Source: an uncultured Planctomycetota bacterium
Lineage (GTDB): Bacteria; Planctomycetota; Planctomycetia; Isosphaerales; Isosphaeraceae
Assembly (NCBI GenBank): GCA_963823665.1
Contig: CAWGMQ010000008.1
Location: 1,856,001-1,920,000, forward strand
DNA length: 64,000 nucleotides
Direction of reading: 5' to 3'
This document shows, in pieces, positions 31,251 through 41,130 of this stretch. The notes beneath the pieces were generated by a model. That model did not search any database. It saw nothing but the letters and a program-made list of their open reading frames with translations, and was not told the origin of the DNA. A program made the translations under genes and the position numbers. The stretch's first letter is position 1. Every line of letters begins with the position of its first letter.

Positions 31251-31847
31251 ATGAACACGGAACACACCACTGCCATCGTGCAGCGTTACCTGGAGGCGCT
31301 CGGCGGGGACGAGCCCGCCGAGCCGATCGTCCGCGCGCTCTTGGACCGCTCGGTCCGGCGCCTGCAGTTGCTCTGCGGAAATCTCCTGTACCGCGAGTAC
31401 CGCCGCCTGACGCAGCCGCCGCTGAACCTGCAGCCGGACGAGATGCTGTCCGCCGTGGTGGAGCGGCTGCTCAAGGCGATGCGTTCAGCCCGCCCCCGGA
31501 CCGTGCGCCAGTTCTTCGCCATGGTCAACCAGCATATGCGCTGGGAGCTTAATGACCTGGCCCGGCGCCTAGATCATCAGCCGGTCGCGGCGCAACTGAG
31601 TGAGTGGCTGGTGCCGGCGCCTGAAAGCAGTGGCTCGGCTCTCTCGCCGGAGGGCCGCCGCATGCTCGAGGCGATCGACAGCCTCCCCGAGGAGGAGCGC
31701 GAGGTCTTCGAGCTGGTCCGGGTGCAGGGCCTGACCCAGCCGGAAGCGGCCGGGGTCCTGGGCGTCGTACCCAAGACCGTACAAAGGCGACTCAATCGCT
31801 CGCTCTTGCTGCTGGCGAAAGAGCTGGATCACCTCCGTCCGTCGTAA
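31251..31847 (+). CDS. ECF sigma-70 factor (kinase-associated)
   Basis: RQFFAM...MRWELNDLARR; IDSLPEEEREVFELV..QGLTQPEAAGVLGVVPKTVQRR. Confidence 0.9.
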   Translation: MNTEHTTAIVQRYLEALGGDEPAEPIVRALLDRSVRRLQLLCGNLLYREYRRLTQPPLNLQPDEMLSAVVERLLKAMRSARPRTVRQFFAMVNQHMRWELNDLARRLDHQPVAAQLSEWLVPAPESSGSALSPEGRRMLEAIDSLPEEEREVFELVRVQGLTQPEAAGVLGVVPKTVQRRLNRSLLLLAKELDHLRPS

Positions 31848-31860
31848 GGGGCGGCCCGCG

Positions 31861-34800
31861 ATGACCGACGACCCGCGCGTGGAGCGACTGCTGGAGGAGC
31901 TGCTCGAGTCGGGCGGCAGCCCCGAGGAGGCGTGTCGGTCGTGCCCCGAGCTGCTGCCGCAAGTCCGCGCCGACCTGCAGCGGCTGCGGCGCCTGGAGGG
32001 CGAGGTCGATGCGATCTTCCCGTCGTCCGAGCCAGCGGACGGCCGCGGCGCCGCGGACCCGCTGACCGCCGAGCTGCCACGGATCGCCGGCTACGAGGTG
32101 CAGGAGGTACTGGGGCGCGGCGGGATGGGTGTCGTGTACCGGGCGCGGCACCTGCGGCTCGATCGCCCCGTCGCCATGAAGATGCTCCTGGCCGGCTCCT
32201 ACGCCGGTCAAGAGGAGCGCGAGCGCTTCCAGCGGGAGGCGGAGGCGGTGGCTGGCCTTCGCCACGCGAATATCGTGCAGTTGTACGACGCCGGCGAGCT
32301 GGACGCCCGGCCGTACTTCACCATGGAATTCGTCGAAGGTGGCAGCCTCGCTCAAAAGATCGCCGGCATGCCGCAACCGGCACGTCCGTCCGCCGCGCTG
32401 CTTTCGCAGGTGGCGGAGGCCGTCCATTTCGCGCACCAGAGTGGCATCGTCCACCGCGACCTGACGCCGGCCAACATCTTGCTCGCCACCGACGGCACGC
32501 CCAAGGTGACGGACTTCGGCCTGGCCCGCCGGCTCGAGCGAGGCAGTGGATTGACGCTCAGCGGCGTGCCGATGGGTACGCCGAGCTACATGGCCCCCGA
32601 ACAGGCTCGGGGCGAGAAGGGGGCGGTCGGGCCGGCGACCGACGTGTATGCGCTGGGGGCCATCCTGTACGAGATGCTGACCGGGCGGCCGCCCTTCCGG
32701 GCGGAGACGTCGACGGGGACCTTGCAGCAGGTGCTCCACGATGATCCGGTGCCGCCGTCGCGCCTCAACCCCGGGGTGCCGCGCGACCTCGCAACCATCT
32801 GCCTGAAGTGCTTGTCCAAGGAGCCGCAGCGGCGCTATGCAAGCGCCGCCGCGCTGGCGGAAGACCTCCGCCGCTTCCTTCGGGGGGAGTCTATCGCGGC
32901 ACGTCCGGCAGGGCCGCTGGAGCGCCTCGCCCGGTGGGCGCGGCGTAGCCCGGCGGCCGCGGCGCTGCTCGGCGTCACGTTGCTCGTGGCGACCACCGTG
33001 CTGGGCGCCGGGGGCTGGCTGATCGGTGGGCAGATTCTCACCGCGCGGGCGGTGAAGGCGGACTTGCGGGATGCGGACCGGTGGCAAGAGCAGTCGGCCC
33101 TCCCCGAGGCCGGCGCCGCGGTGGAGCGGGCCAAGTCCCGGCTCGGCGAAGGCGGGCCCTTCTGGCTGTACCCGGTTGTCGAGGCGGCCCGCCGCGATCA
33201 TCAGTTCCTGGTCCGGCTCGAGACGATCCGCCTGAATCGATGGACGCTGGTCGAGGGGCATTATAACCATGCCGCCCTGCTGCGCTTCAGCAAGGCGCGG
33301 GCGGATCGGGACTACGCCGAGGCTTTCCGGGACCACGGGCTGGGCGAGCCTCCCAACGACCCGCAGGGAGTCGCGGCGCGAGTCCGGGCCTCCAAATGGG
33401 CTGCCCACATTGTCGCCGCGCTGGACGACTGGGCGGTGTGTGCCGTCGACCCGGCCCGGCAGTATTGGCTGCTGGGCGTGGCCCGCCGGGCGGACCCCGA
33501 CCCCTGGCGCGACCGGGTGCGCGACCCGGCGGTTTGGAGAGATGGGAAGGCCCTGGCCGAGCTAGCGCGGGCGGTGCCACTGGCGGAGCAGCCCCTAACG
33601 CTGCTGCTGGCGCTGGGCGAACGGCTGTCCGCGACCGGTGAGGACGGTCTCGGCTTTGTCCGGCGCGTCCAGGAGCACCATCCCGAAGACTACTGGGCCA
33701 ACTTTACGCTGGCCCTGGCGCTGCACAACGCGGGAAGGCGCCGGGGGGTGATTCTGCACCGGCACTCGCCTATTACGAGAGGGCTCTGAAAATCCGCCCT
33801 GACGCGCTCCCCGTTCAGAACGATGTCGCCCTCGTACTGATTGACAAGAACTGGCTTGGGGACAATGAACGCCCGGGGAGGGGACCCGGGGGCGTTACTG
33901 TCTTTCATCAGCTGGTGAGGAACGCTCCGCACTTCGCTCCAGGCTTCAACAACCTCGGCGTGGCGTGGAAGAATAAGGGCGATTGGCAACAGGCGGGGCT
34001 GGCGTTCCAGGACGCCTTGTGGAACGATCCCGGGCTGGCCCCCGCGCATATCAACCTCGGCGAAGTCCGGGCTGGTTCGGGAGACCTCATCGAGGCGATC
34101 CCCGACTACCGGCGGGCCCTGGAGCTTGACCCCGATAATGCCCGGGCCCACCACTTACTCGGCGTCGCCCTGGTCGCCACGGCTCGCGGGGACGAGGCTA
34201 ACGACTTCTACCCGGAGGGCGTCCAATCCCTCGCCCAAGCCCGTGGTCAGGCCTTGACAGAGGGGGTGGCTCATTATTGGCAAGCACACGACTGTGATCC
34301 CAGGTGGATCTCGGCCCGGAACCCGCTCCGCATCCCTCCGCAGGGCGAACTCCGACTGACGGAAGCCATCGACCACTTCCGCGAAGCCGTCCGGCTGGAA
34401 CCTCAATTCGCCCAGGCCCATGGGTCGCTGGGCCAGGCGCTGCTCGCCCGGCGGGAGTTCACCGAGGCCGAGGCTGAGATCCGGCGCGGCCTCGCCTTGG
34501 TCCCCGAGGGGGACAAGCAGCTCCGCGCCAACCTGGAACGCCAACTGCAGCGCTGCCAGCGCCTGCGCACCCTGGAAGGTCGTATCCCTGCCGTCGTCCA
34601 GGGGAAGGACGGGCCCGCCGCTGCCGACTGCCTGGACTTGGCGGAACTCTGTTTCGTCAAGAAACACTACGCCACGGCCGCGCGCCTGTATGCCGAGGCG
34701 CTCGTGGCCACACCACAACTGACCGAGGACCTGCGCCGGCCAACGATTCAACGCTGCCTGCGCCGCGGCCCTAGGCGGAGGCGGTCATGGCGACGACGTG

Positions 34801-35078
34801 GACGGACTCGGGGAGCCGGAGCGGGAAGCGTTGCGCAAACAGGCGCGAAACTGGTTGCGCCTCGACCTGGCCGCCTGGGCCAAGAGGGTGGACACCGGCA
34901 CGGACGCGGATCGCATCCAGGCTTGGAAGACGTTGGCGCCCGGCGGGACGACCCCGACCTGGCTGGGCTGCGCGACGCGGAAACCCTCGAGAAACTGACT
35001 CCGTCCGAACGGCGGGAATGCCGAGCGCTGTGGCAAGACGTTGCAGCCCTACTCCGCCGTGCTCAAACGACCAAGTGA
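31861..35078 (+). CDS. Ser/Thr kinase with TM and TPR repeats (three apparent frameshifts at ~33745, ~34735, ~34940)
   Basis: [38 protein letters not shown]; TPRs; C-terminal RFNAACAAAL...LRKQARNWLRLDL...DPDLAGLRD...W.DV. Confidence 0.88.
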
Positions 35079-35121
35079 GCATGGGGTTATGCTCAACTCA
35101 ACAGGCGTCGCGCGGAACTGA

Positions 35122-35592
35122 CTACGGCGCCTGGTTCCCGGCTGCCTCGCTCCGGTACCCGGTTTCGGTGCGTAGGCGATGGGCGACCAACTGGCTCATG
35201 ATCGCGAACAACACAGCTGTCGACATTCCGAAAAACAGAAGGCCGTTGGTTGCCTCGAGGGGGCTGAGCAACCGCCACCTCTCAGGCAGCGTGACGTCGC
35301 CATAACCGAAAGCCGTGAAATTCTGGGCGGAAAGGCAGAAAGCCGTCTCGAAGGTCGAGACCTGCCCGCACACAAGAAAGGCCACCGCCCAGAGGGCGAT
35401 CTGGATGAGGTGCGCAACCGCCGTGATCAGCGTAACGATCGCCAAGACGGCGGTGCCCCTCCAGAATCCCAGATCGCTGGAACCGCGTCGGAAGACCTTC
35501 ACCATCACACGCACGATAAGTTGCATCGCCGCGCCGTAGGCGAGCAGACCGCCGAAAAGCAGGACGGTGGCGACCGCGAGGGGCAAGATCAT
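35122..35592 (-). CDS. Two-TM/pore ion-channel-like membrane protein (Ion_trans_2)
   Basis: HLIQIALWA, AFCLSAQNFTAFGYGDV, WRLLSPLEATNG. Confidence 0.85.
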   Translation of the reverse strand: MILPLAVATVLLFGGLLAYGAAMQLIVRVMVKVFRRGSSDLGFWRGTAVLAIVTLITAVAHLIQIALWAVAFLVCGQVSTFETAFCLSAQNFTAFGYGDVTLPERWRLLSPLEATNGLLFFGMSTAVLFAIMSQLVAHRLRTETGYRSEAAGNQAP

Positions 35593-35619
35593 TTGCGGCA
35601 ACTCCCCTTGAATCCATTG

Positions 35620-37155
35620 TCACTTCCGCCTTGCGCCCGATGCGGGTGAGGGCGTGGGGTTCGTCGGGCCCGCCGGAGGAGGGACGAGGGGTCGCAAGAC
35701 GGCTCCGGCGTGTGGGCCGGTCGGCGGCTCCTTGTAATACACGTAGGGGACGACCGACAACCCGATGAACAACGGCACCTTGTCCGGGTCGTAGTCGGCC
35801 AGCTCGATGCGGACCGGCAGCCGCTGGACGATCTTCACGTAGTTGCCCGTGGCATTCTGCGGCGGCAGCAGGGCGAGGGTTTGACCGGTGCCCATCGTAA
35901 AGCCGGTGATGCGGCCATCGAATTCATGCCGGCTACCGTACATGTCGAACTCACAACGCACCCGTTGGCCGATGCGCAAGTCAGCCAGTTGAGTCTCCTT
36001 GAAGTTGGCGTCAATCCAGATCTCGGTGAGCGAGCGCACAGCCAGGAGGCTTTGCCCGGCCTGGACATTGTTGCCGGGGTTGACGTTGCGGCTGGTCACG
36101 ACGCCGTCGATCTCGCTCCTGACGTCGCAATAACGGAGGTCGAGCTCGGCCAGCGCGAGGTCGCGCCGGGCCTGTTGAAGCTTCGTCTCGGCCTGCTTGA
36201 TGGACGGCGCCCGGGCGATTAGATTGGCAAAGATGCGATCGAGATTGCGCTCTGGGTCTTGCCTCTCGAATATGTCGAGGGCTTGCTTGGGGCTCAAGAC
36301 CCACGAAGGGGGAGCGAACCCCAGCAGCGAGGCGCTGCGATACACTTGTCCCAGCGCCTGCCGGATCGCCGAGTAACTCTGGTCGAGGTCGTCGGGAACC
36401 TCGCCCAGGTCGTGGCCCGTGGGAGGCTGGGCTGGCAGACCCAGGCCGACTCGCGACGCCCGCACTGCCTCGAGCGCTTGATCGAGAGCCGCCTGAGCGA
36501 CCTTGACCGACTGGCGCCGCTGGTCGAGCTCCTCCTTGCTGATGCCTCCACTCGGCAAGAGCTCCTCGCCCCGCCTGGAGTTGTTCCCCGCCAGCTCCAG
36601 AGTCGCCTGCCTGCTCTTCAAGGTCGCGATGTTGGACCGCAGGTTGGCGACCTGAGTGTGGACGTCCTCGATGGCGCGCTCGAGCTGGAACCGATCGGTC
36701 TGAAGCTGAGCTATCAGACCGCGCGTCTGCGCTTGGGCGGCCGCCAGGTCCGCCTCGGCCGCCGTCACGGCGGCCTTCTTGACCGCAACCAGGTCCTCGA
36801 AGGGTTCCGTGTCGAGCTGGACCAGCAAGTCCCCCTTCTTCACGCGGTCGTTGTCATCGACCAACACCCGACTCACCTGGCCTGACACGCGGGGAGCAAC
36901 CAGGGTCACGTGGCCGTTGACGTAAGCGTCATCGGTGGAAACCGTGTTCAGCGCCGTTTCCACCGCCGGCTTCAGGAGATATCCCCCCACCGCCAATCCG
37001 CCCAACGCTCCCAGCCCCAGCATTAGTTTTCGCCAGCGGTGGGATGGCGGCCTGGCCTCGGCTGGTTTGGGCGTTTCATTCGTCGCCAGCGTCTTGGGAG
37101 GGTCCGTCCTGGTATCCGTTACCGTCTCCGAGATCTCGTCATGCGTGCTTGCCAT
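35620..37155 (-). CDS. EmrA/HlyD-family adaptor, paralog of 27982-29619
   Basis: STDDAYVNGH, ANFKETQL, LLPPQNATGNYVKIVQRLPVRI; strong DNA similarity to first copy. Confidence 0.92.
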   Translation of the reverse strand: MASTHDEISETVTDTRTDPPKTLATNETPKPAEARPPSHRWRKLMLGLGALGGLAVGGYLLKPAVETALNTVSTDDAYVNGHVTLVAPRVSGQVSRVLVDDNDRVKKGDLLVQLDTEPFEDLVAVKKAAVTAAEADLAAAQAQTRGLIAQLQTDRFQLERAIEDVHTQVANLRSNIATLKSRQATLELAGNNSRRGEELLPSGGISKEELDQRRQSVKVAQAALDQALEAVRASRVGLGLPAQPPTGHDLGEVPDDLDQSYSAIRQALGQVYRSASLLGFAPPSWVLSPKQALDIFERQDPERNLDRIFANLIARAPSIKQAETKLQQARRDLALAELDLRYCDVRSEIDGVVTSRNVNPGNNVQAGQSLLAVRSLTEIWIDANFKETQLADLRIGQRVRCEFDMYGSRHEFDGRITGFTMGTGQTLALLPPQNATGNYVKIVQRLPVRIELADYDPDKVPLFIGLSVVPYVYYKEPPTGPHAGAVLRPLVPPPAGPTNPTPSPASGARRK

Positions 37156-37185
37156 CTAAGTAACTCCCCTTCGGACTGCCAGACA

Positions 37186-38136
37186 TCATGTCCGACCTCC
37201 TTTGATCGAAGCCTGCCCCGCCGCCGAGCCTGTCGACTCGAAGATGTCCACCCACTCTCGATAGCGGCGCGCGATTTCGCTGACCGCGACCTCCCGCGTA
37301 ATCCGACCATCCTTCCAGTCAGCCAGCGGGCCCCAGAAGCTCGTCCGGCCCACGGCGAAGCCGATGAACCCCGTCACGGCCGCCGCGGTCTGCAGCCACT
37401 GGCGGACCTTCGCGTCATCCTCACCGCGGCCGAGGACGATGCAGCCGACGTGGTCTCGCCCACCCCGCCGCACCGAGGCGACGACCTTCAGACAATCCTC
37501 GGGCCCGTCGATCCCCTCGATCTTCCAGACGTCCGGCTCGACACCCGCGGCCTGCAGCTTCGTGATCGCCCGCACCATCAGCTCGGGCCGAAGTCCCCGA
37601 TCGTATTCCTTCTTGTCACCGCCGGAACGGCTGAGCTGCCCCGGCGTCGGGGGCACCAGCAGCTCGAACATGAAGCGGCTGCGACTCCGAGAATGAAGAT
37701 GGTCCGACAATCGCCTCAGCCGCTCGGCCTGGCGCCGATTCAGAGACGCGTCGCCCTCGGGGTTGTATCGCACGAGGACCTTGCAGAAGGTCGGACAGAA
37801 CTCCTCGATGTGACGGGCGAAGTCGTCGCCGTACTCGAAGTCAAAATCGTCCTGGCCGCTCTTCTCGGCCGGGCAGGCGGTGATGTATCCGCGGGTCGCC
37901 GCGTCGCGCAGGATGTCGGCGCCGAACTGCTCGTCGACCAAGATGCCGGCGCGATCCCCTGGAACCCCGAGGGCGAGCGCCTCCTTGAAGCCGTCGTAGA
38001 TGACGAGCTTCATGGCGGTGATCTGGCCGGCCTGCCCCGGGGTCAGCGACCCGTGCCAGCCGAACATGTTCTTCTGGAATGTCCCCCGGTGATCGAAGGG
38101 CAGCACGTAGAGCGGTCGGTCGTATCCGATAGTCAT
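37186..38136 (-). CDS. DUF2090 (IolC-associated class I aldolase-like) protein
   Basis: LPFDHR, GILVDEQFG, KVLVRYNP, FELLVP, PDVWKIEG, VLGRG, GFAVGRT. Confidence 0.85.
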   Translation of the reverse strand: MTIGYDRPLYVLPFDHRGTFQKNMFGWHGSLTPGQAGQITAMKLVIYDGFKEALALGVPGDRAGILVDEQFGADILRDAATRGYITACPAEKSGQDDFDFEYGDDFARHIEEFCPTFCKVLVRYNPEGDASLNRRQAERLRRLSDHLHSRSRSRFMFELLVPPTPGQLSRSGGDKKEYDRGLRPELMVRAITKLQAAGVEPDVWKIEGIDGPEDCLKVVASVRRGGRDHVGCIVLGRGEDDAKVRQWLQTAAAVTGFIGFAVGRTSFWGPLADWKDGRITREVAVSEIARRYREWVDIFESTGSAAGQASIKGGRT

Positions 38137-38219
38137 GATGATCGGTTCTCCTCGGGTTGGGTTCGGGATGCTGAAGCGGGCGCGAAGGAGCCCGCCGGGC
38201 TGTCCATTCCACCGGGTCG

Positions 38220-40358
38220 TCACGCAGAACCGTCTCCTCCCACAAGGACGACAATAGAGCGTGATAGGACCCGGTATCGCAGCGAGGCCACCGCGGCCTC
38301 CTCGCCTGGGTCCGCGATGTCGAGGGGGCTATCGAGCCCTGTGTCGATCGCACGGCGCCAGCCGCCCGGAGGGCTCTCCTGGATCTCGAAGTCGAGCGGC
38401 TCGTGGTACGCATTGATCATGACGTAGAGGTCGCGGTCACCCAGGGACGCCCCGTGCAAGCAATAGGCAAGGCTGTGCGATTCGAACGACAGGTCGACGT
38501 CCGGCCCGACGCCGTACCAGCGGACATCCTCGCGCCAGAAGGACAATCGGCCGAGACTCGGATGAGCCTTGCGGAAGGCGACCATCCGCTTCGCGAAGCG
38601 GTGAAAATCGGCATGCCGCTCGATGCACGACCAGTCGAGCCATGATGTCTCGTTGTTCTGGTTGTAGGGGTTGTTGTTGCCGCGCTGCGTTCGAAGAAAC
38701 TCATCGCCGGCGGCGAACATCGGCACTCCGTTGGCCAGCAACAGGAGGCAGAAGATGTTCTTCGCCTGGCGCTGGCGCAGGTCCATCACCGCGGCGGGCA
38801 CATCCTCGTCTCCCTCCCAGCCGCAGTTCCAGGTCAGGTTGTCCGCGGCTCCGTCGGTGTTGCCGTGGCCGTTGGGCCAGTTGCGTTTCTCGTTGTAGGA
38901 GACGGCGTCGTAGAGGGTGAAGCCGTCGTGGCAGGTGACGTAATTCACCGACTCGAAAGGCCGGTGCGCATTGCGGGAGTTGTCGGGGAACAGGTCGTCG
39001 CTGCCGTAGAGCCGGAGCATGAGCGCCCCAACCATGCCGGGATCGCCGCGGACGAACCGGCGGATGTCGTCCCGGAACCGGCCGTTCCATTGGGACCACC
39101 CCGGCCCGGGGAACTGAGTCCCGAGCTGATAGGCCCAGCCGGCATCCCAGGGCTCAGCGATCAGGTGGACGTGGCGCAGGACCGGATCGGTGCGGATGGC
39201 GGCCAGGAGCGATGTGTCGGCGGCCTCGAGCGCGCCGCCGGGCCCACGGCCCAGCACGGAGGCGAGGTCGAAGCGGAAGCCGTCGACGTGCATCTCCGTC
39301 ACCCAGTAGCGCAGGCTCTCGAGGATCAACGTCCAGGTGCAGATGCTGGCGCAGGCCAAGGTGTGGCCGCAGCCGGTGTAGTCGCGGTAAATCGCTCGCG
39401 GGTCGTCGGACATCATATAGAAGGCGACGTTGTCGATTCCGCGGTAACTGTAGGTGGGCCCGTCCGGGCCGGCCTCGGCGGTGTGGTTGTAGACGACATC
39501 GACGATGACCTGGATGTCTGCCGCGTGCAGGGCGCGGACCATCGCGCGGAACTCGTCGCGGGCTTCACGGGCATCCGACGCATAGCCGGCGTGCGGGGCG
39601 AAGAAGTTCAGAGGCATGTAGCCCCAGTAATTGCCCTCCTGCGGGTCGAACTGCTGCACGGGGAGCAGCTCGACGATGGTGATCCCCAGCTCCTTCAGGT
39701 AGGGGATCTTGTCGATCACACCGGCGAAGGTGCCCCTGCGCTCGGGCGGGACGCCGCTGTTGGGATTCCGCGTGAAGCCGCGGAGGTGCATCTCGTAGAT
39801 GATCATGGTGTCCGGCTGAAGTGGCGGCGTCCGGTCGGGAACCGGGCCGGGGCTCGGCCCTGGTCGTGGCAGGACACCCAGTGGCGCCCGCCCCAGGTTC
39901 GAGCCCGGCCGCCTGGCGGCCTCGCGATCGAAGTCCGGCGGGAAGAAGACCTCCTTCGCGCAGGGGTCGAGCAGGATTTTCTCCGGATCGTACGCGTGCC
40001 ACATCCCCGGCCCGGCGGCGCGGGGCCCGTCGATCCGGTAGGCGTAGTACCGCGCCGCGCCGATATCCCCGCCGACCCGGCAATGCCACATCACCCAGGT
40101 CTTGTTCACCCGCGGATCCAGGCGAAATTCGAGGAGCGGGCGGCCGAGGTCGTCCTCGGCGAATAGCAATAACACCACGCTCTCGGCGTGCTTGGCATAG
40201 AGCGAGAAGTTGTAGGCTTGCTCCGCCTCGATCCATGAGGCTCCCGGCGGAAGGATCTCCCCTTGGGACCGGGCAACGATCGCCGACGGGGGATGAACCT
40301 GACCGCGGCGTGCCTGCCGATTCGACGTGATGAGAGTGGTTTCCGCTGTCATGAACAT
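38220..40358 (-). CDS. glgX: Glycogen debranching enzyme / isoamylase (GH13)
   Basis: NFSLYA, IYEMHLRGFT, NYWGY, DVVYNHT, DGFRFDLA, AEPWD, CHDGFTL.D. Confidence 0.93.
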   Translation of the reverse strand: MFMTAETTLITSNRQARRGQVHPPSAIVARSQGEILPPGASWIEAEQAYNFSLYAKHAESVVLLLFAEDDLGRPLLEFRLDPRVNKTWVMWHCRVGGDIGAARYYAYRIDGPRAAGPGMWHAYDPEKILLDPCAKEVFFPPDFDREAARRPGSNLGRAPLGVLPRPGPSPGPVPDRTPPLQPDTMIIYEMHLRGFTRNPNSGVPPERRGTFAGVIDKIPYLKELGITIVELLPVQQFDPQEGNYWGYMPLNFFAPHAGYASDAREARDEFRAMVRALHAADIQVIVDVVYNHTAEAGPDGPTYSYRGIDNVAFYMMSDDPRAIYRDYTGCGHTLACASICTWTLILESLRYWVTEMHVDGFRFDLASVLGRGPGGALEAADTSLLAAIRTDPVLRHVHLIAEPWDAGWAYQLGTQFPGPGWSQWNGRFRDDIRRFVRGDPGMVGALMLRLYGSDDLFPDNSRNAHRPFESVNYVTCHDGFTLYDAVSYNEKRNWPNGHGNTDGAADNLTWNCGWEGDEDVPAAVMDLRQRQAKNIFCLLLLANGVPMFAAGDEFLRTQRGNNNPYNQNNETSWLDWSCIERHADFHRFAKRMVAFRKAHPSLGRLSFWREDVRWYGVGPDVDLSFESHSLAYCLHGASLGDRDLYVMINAYHEPLDFEIQESPPGGWRRAIDTGLDSPLDIADPGEEAAVASLRYRVLSRSIVVLVGGDGSA

Positions 40359-40417
40359 CGCCGGACGCTGCCGGCTCCTACGAGGATTGTGGACATCTCG
40401 GATCGAGGGATTGCCGC

Positions 40418-41017
40418 CTACAGCTTCCCGAGCGGCCCCGCGGGCGACGGGTCAATCGGCTGGCCGACGTCCGGATAGACGCCCAGCCCGAGTTTCAGGA
40501 GCGTTCGATAATCCTGCATGGAACCCTTGATGAACTCGTCGCCGAAGCCGGCCGCGACGGCCGCATCCACGGCCGCGGTGAAGGCGTCCCGCGCCGCCAG
40601 GTCCGCCCCCACATTCGCCAGTTGCGAAAAGGAGTTCGGTTGTCGCGTGCCCATCAAGTCGACTTCCGCCGGCTCGTCGCGCAGGCCAAGGGATTCCATC
40701 GCGGCCGCGGCCGCGTGGGTCGTCCACACGACCGCCCCGACCGCCGTCTCGCGCACGTACTCGCCCTGCGCGATCGCCCGACAGGCCTCGACCTCCTGGA
40801 TCGCGGTGGGCACATCACGGCAGGGCGAGCACCTCGCGAAGTCCTCCGCCAGGCGGATGGCACCGTCGATGGCCGTCCGGCATCGATCCCTGTCCGGGTG
40901 GCCATCGGGCAGGAGGCCGAGGGATTCCACGCGCCGAGTGCAGCGGGCGGCCAGGGCGACGATCGCCCGGAGCGGTAGCTTCTTCAGGTCTTCTGTCGAA
41001 ATATTCGGGACGATCAT
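40418..41017 (-). CDS. hypothetical Ala-rich protein
   Basis: 199-aa ORF in operon position; LPLRAIVALAARC...LGLG.YP.VG.PIDP. Confidence 0.7.
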   Translation of the reverse strand: MIVPNISTEDLKKLPLRAIVALAARCTRRVESLGLLPDGHPDRDRCRTAIDGAIRLAEDFARCSPCRDVPTAIQEVEACRAIAQGEYVRETAVGAVVWTTHAAAAAMESLGLRDEPAEVDLMGTRQPNSFSQLANVGADLAARDAFTAAVDAAVAAGFGDEFIKGSMQDYRTLLKLGLGVYPDVGQPIDPSPAGPLGKL

Positions 41018-41130
41018 GATTCACCTCTCACGGATGGGGCTGGCATGGTTTGGTCGCTCCTCGATGAGTTGTGGATGACGGATAACGGAGACGGATTCAC
41101 CTCGGCCCGATATCTTACCGGCCGACTGGC

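Noticed and set aside
9860..34945. 1-2 nt frameshifts in the racemase, lemA, monooxygenase 1, ABC permease and kinase as programmed frameshifting or pseudogenes
   Set aside because: Most fall in homopolymers or dinucleotide runs (CCCC, GGGGGG, GCGCGC, CTCTCT) with intact sequence on both sides and no slippery heptamers; long-read error is the simpler explanation, though raw reads are needed to confirm
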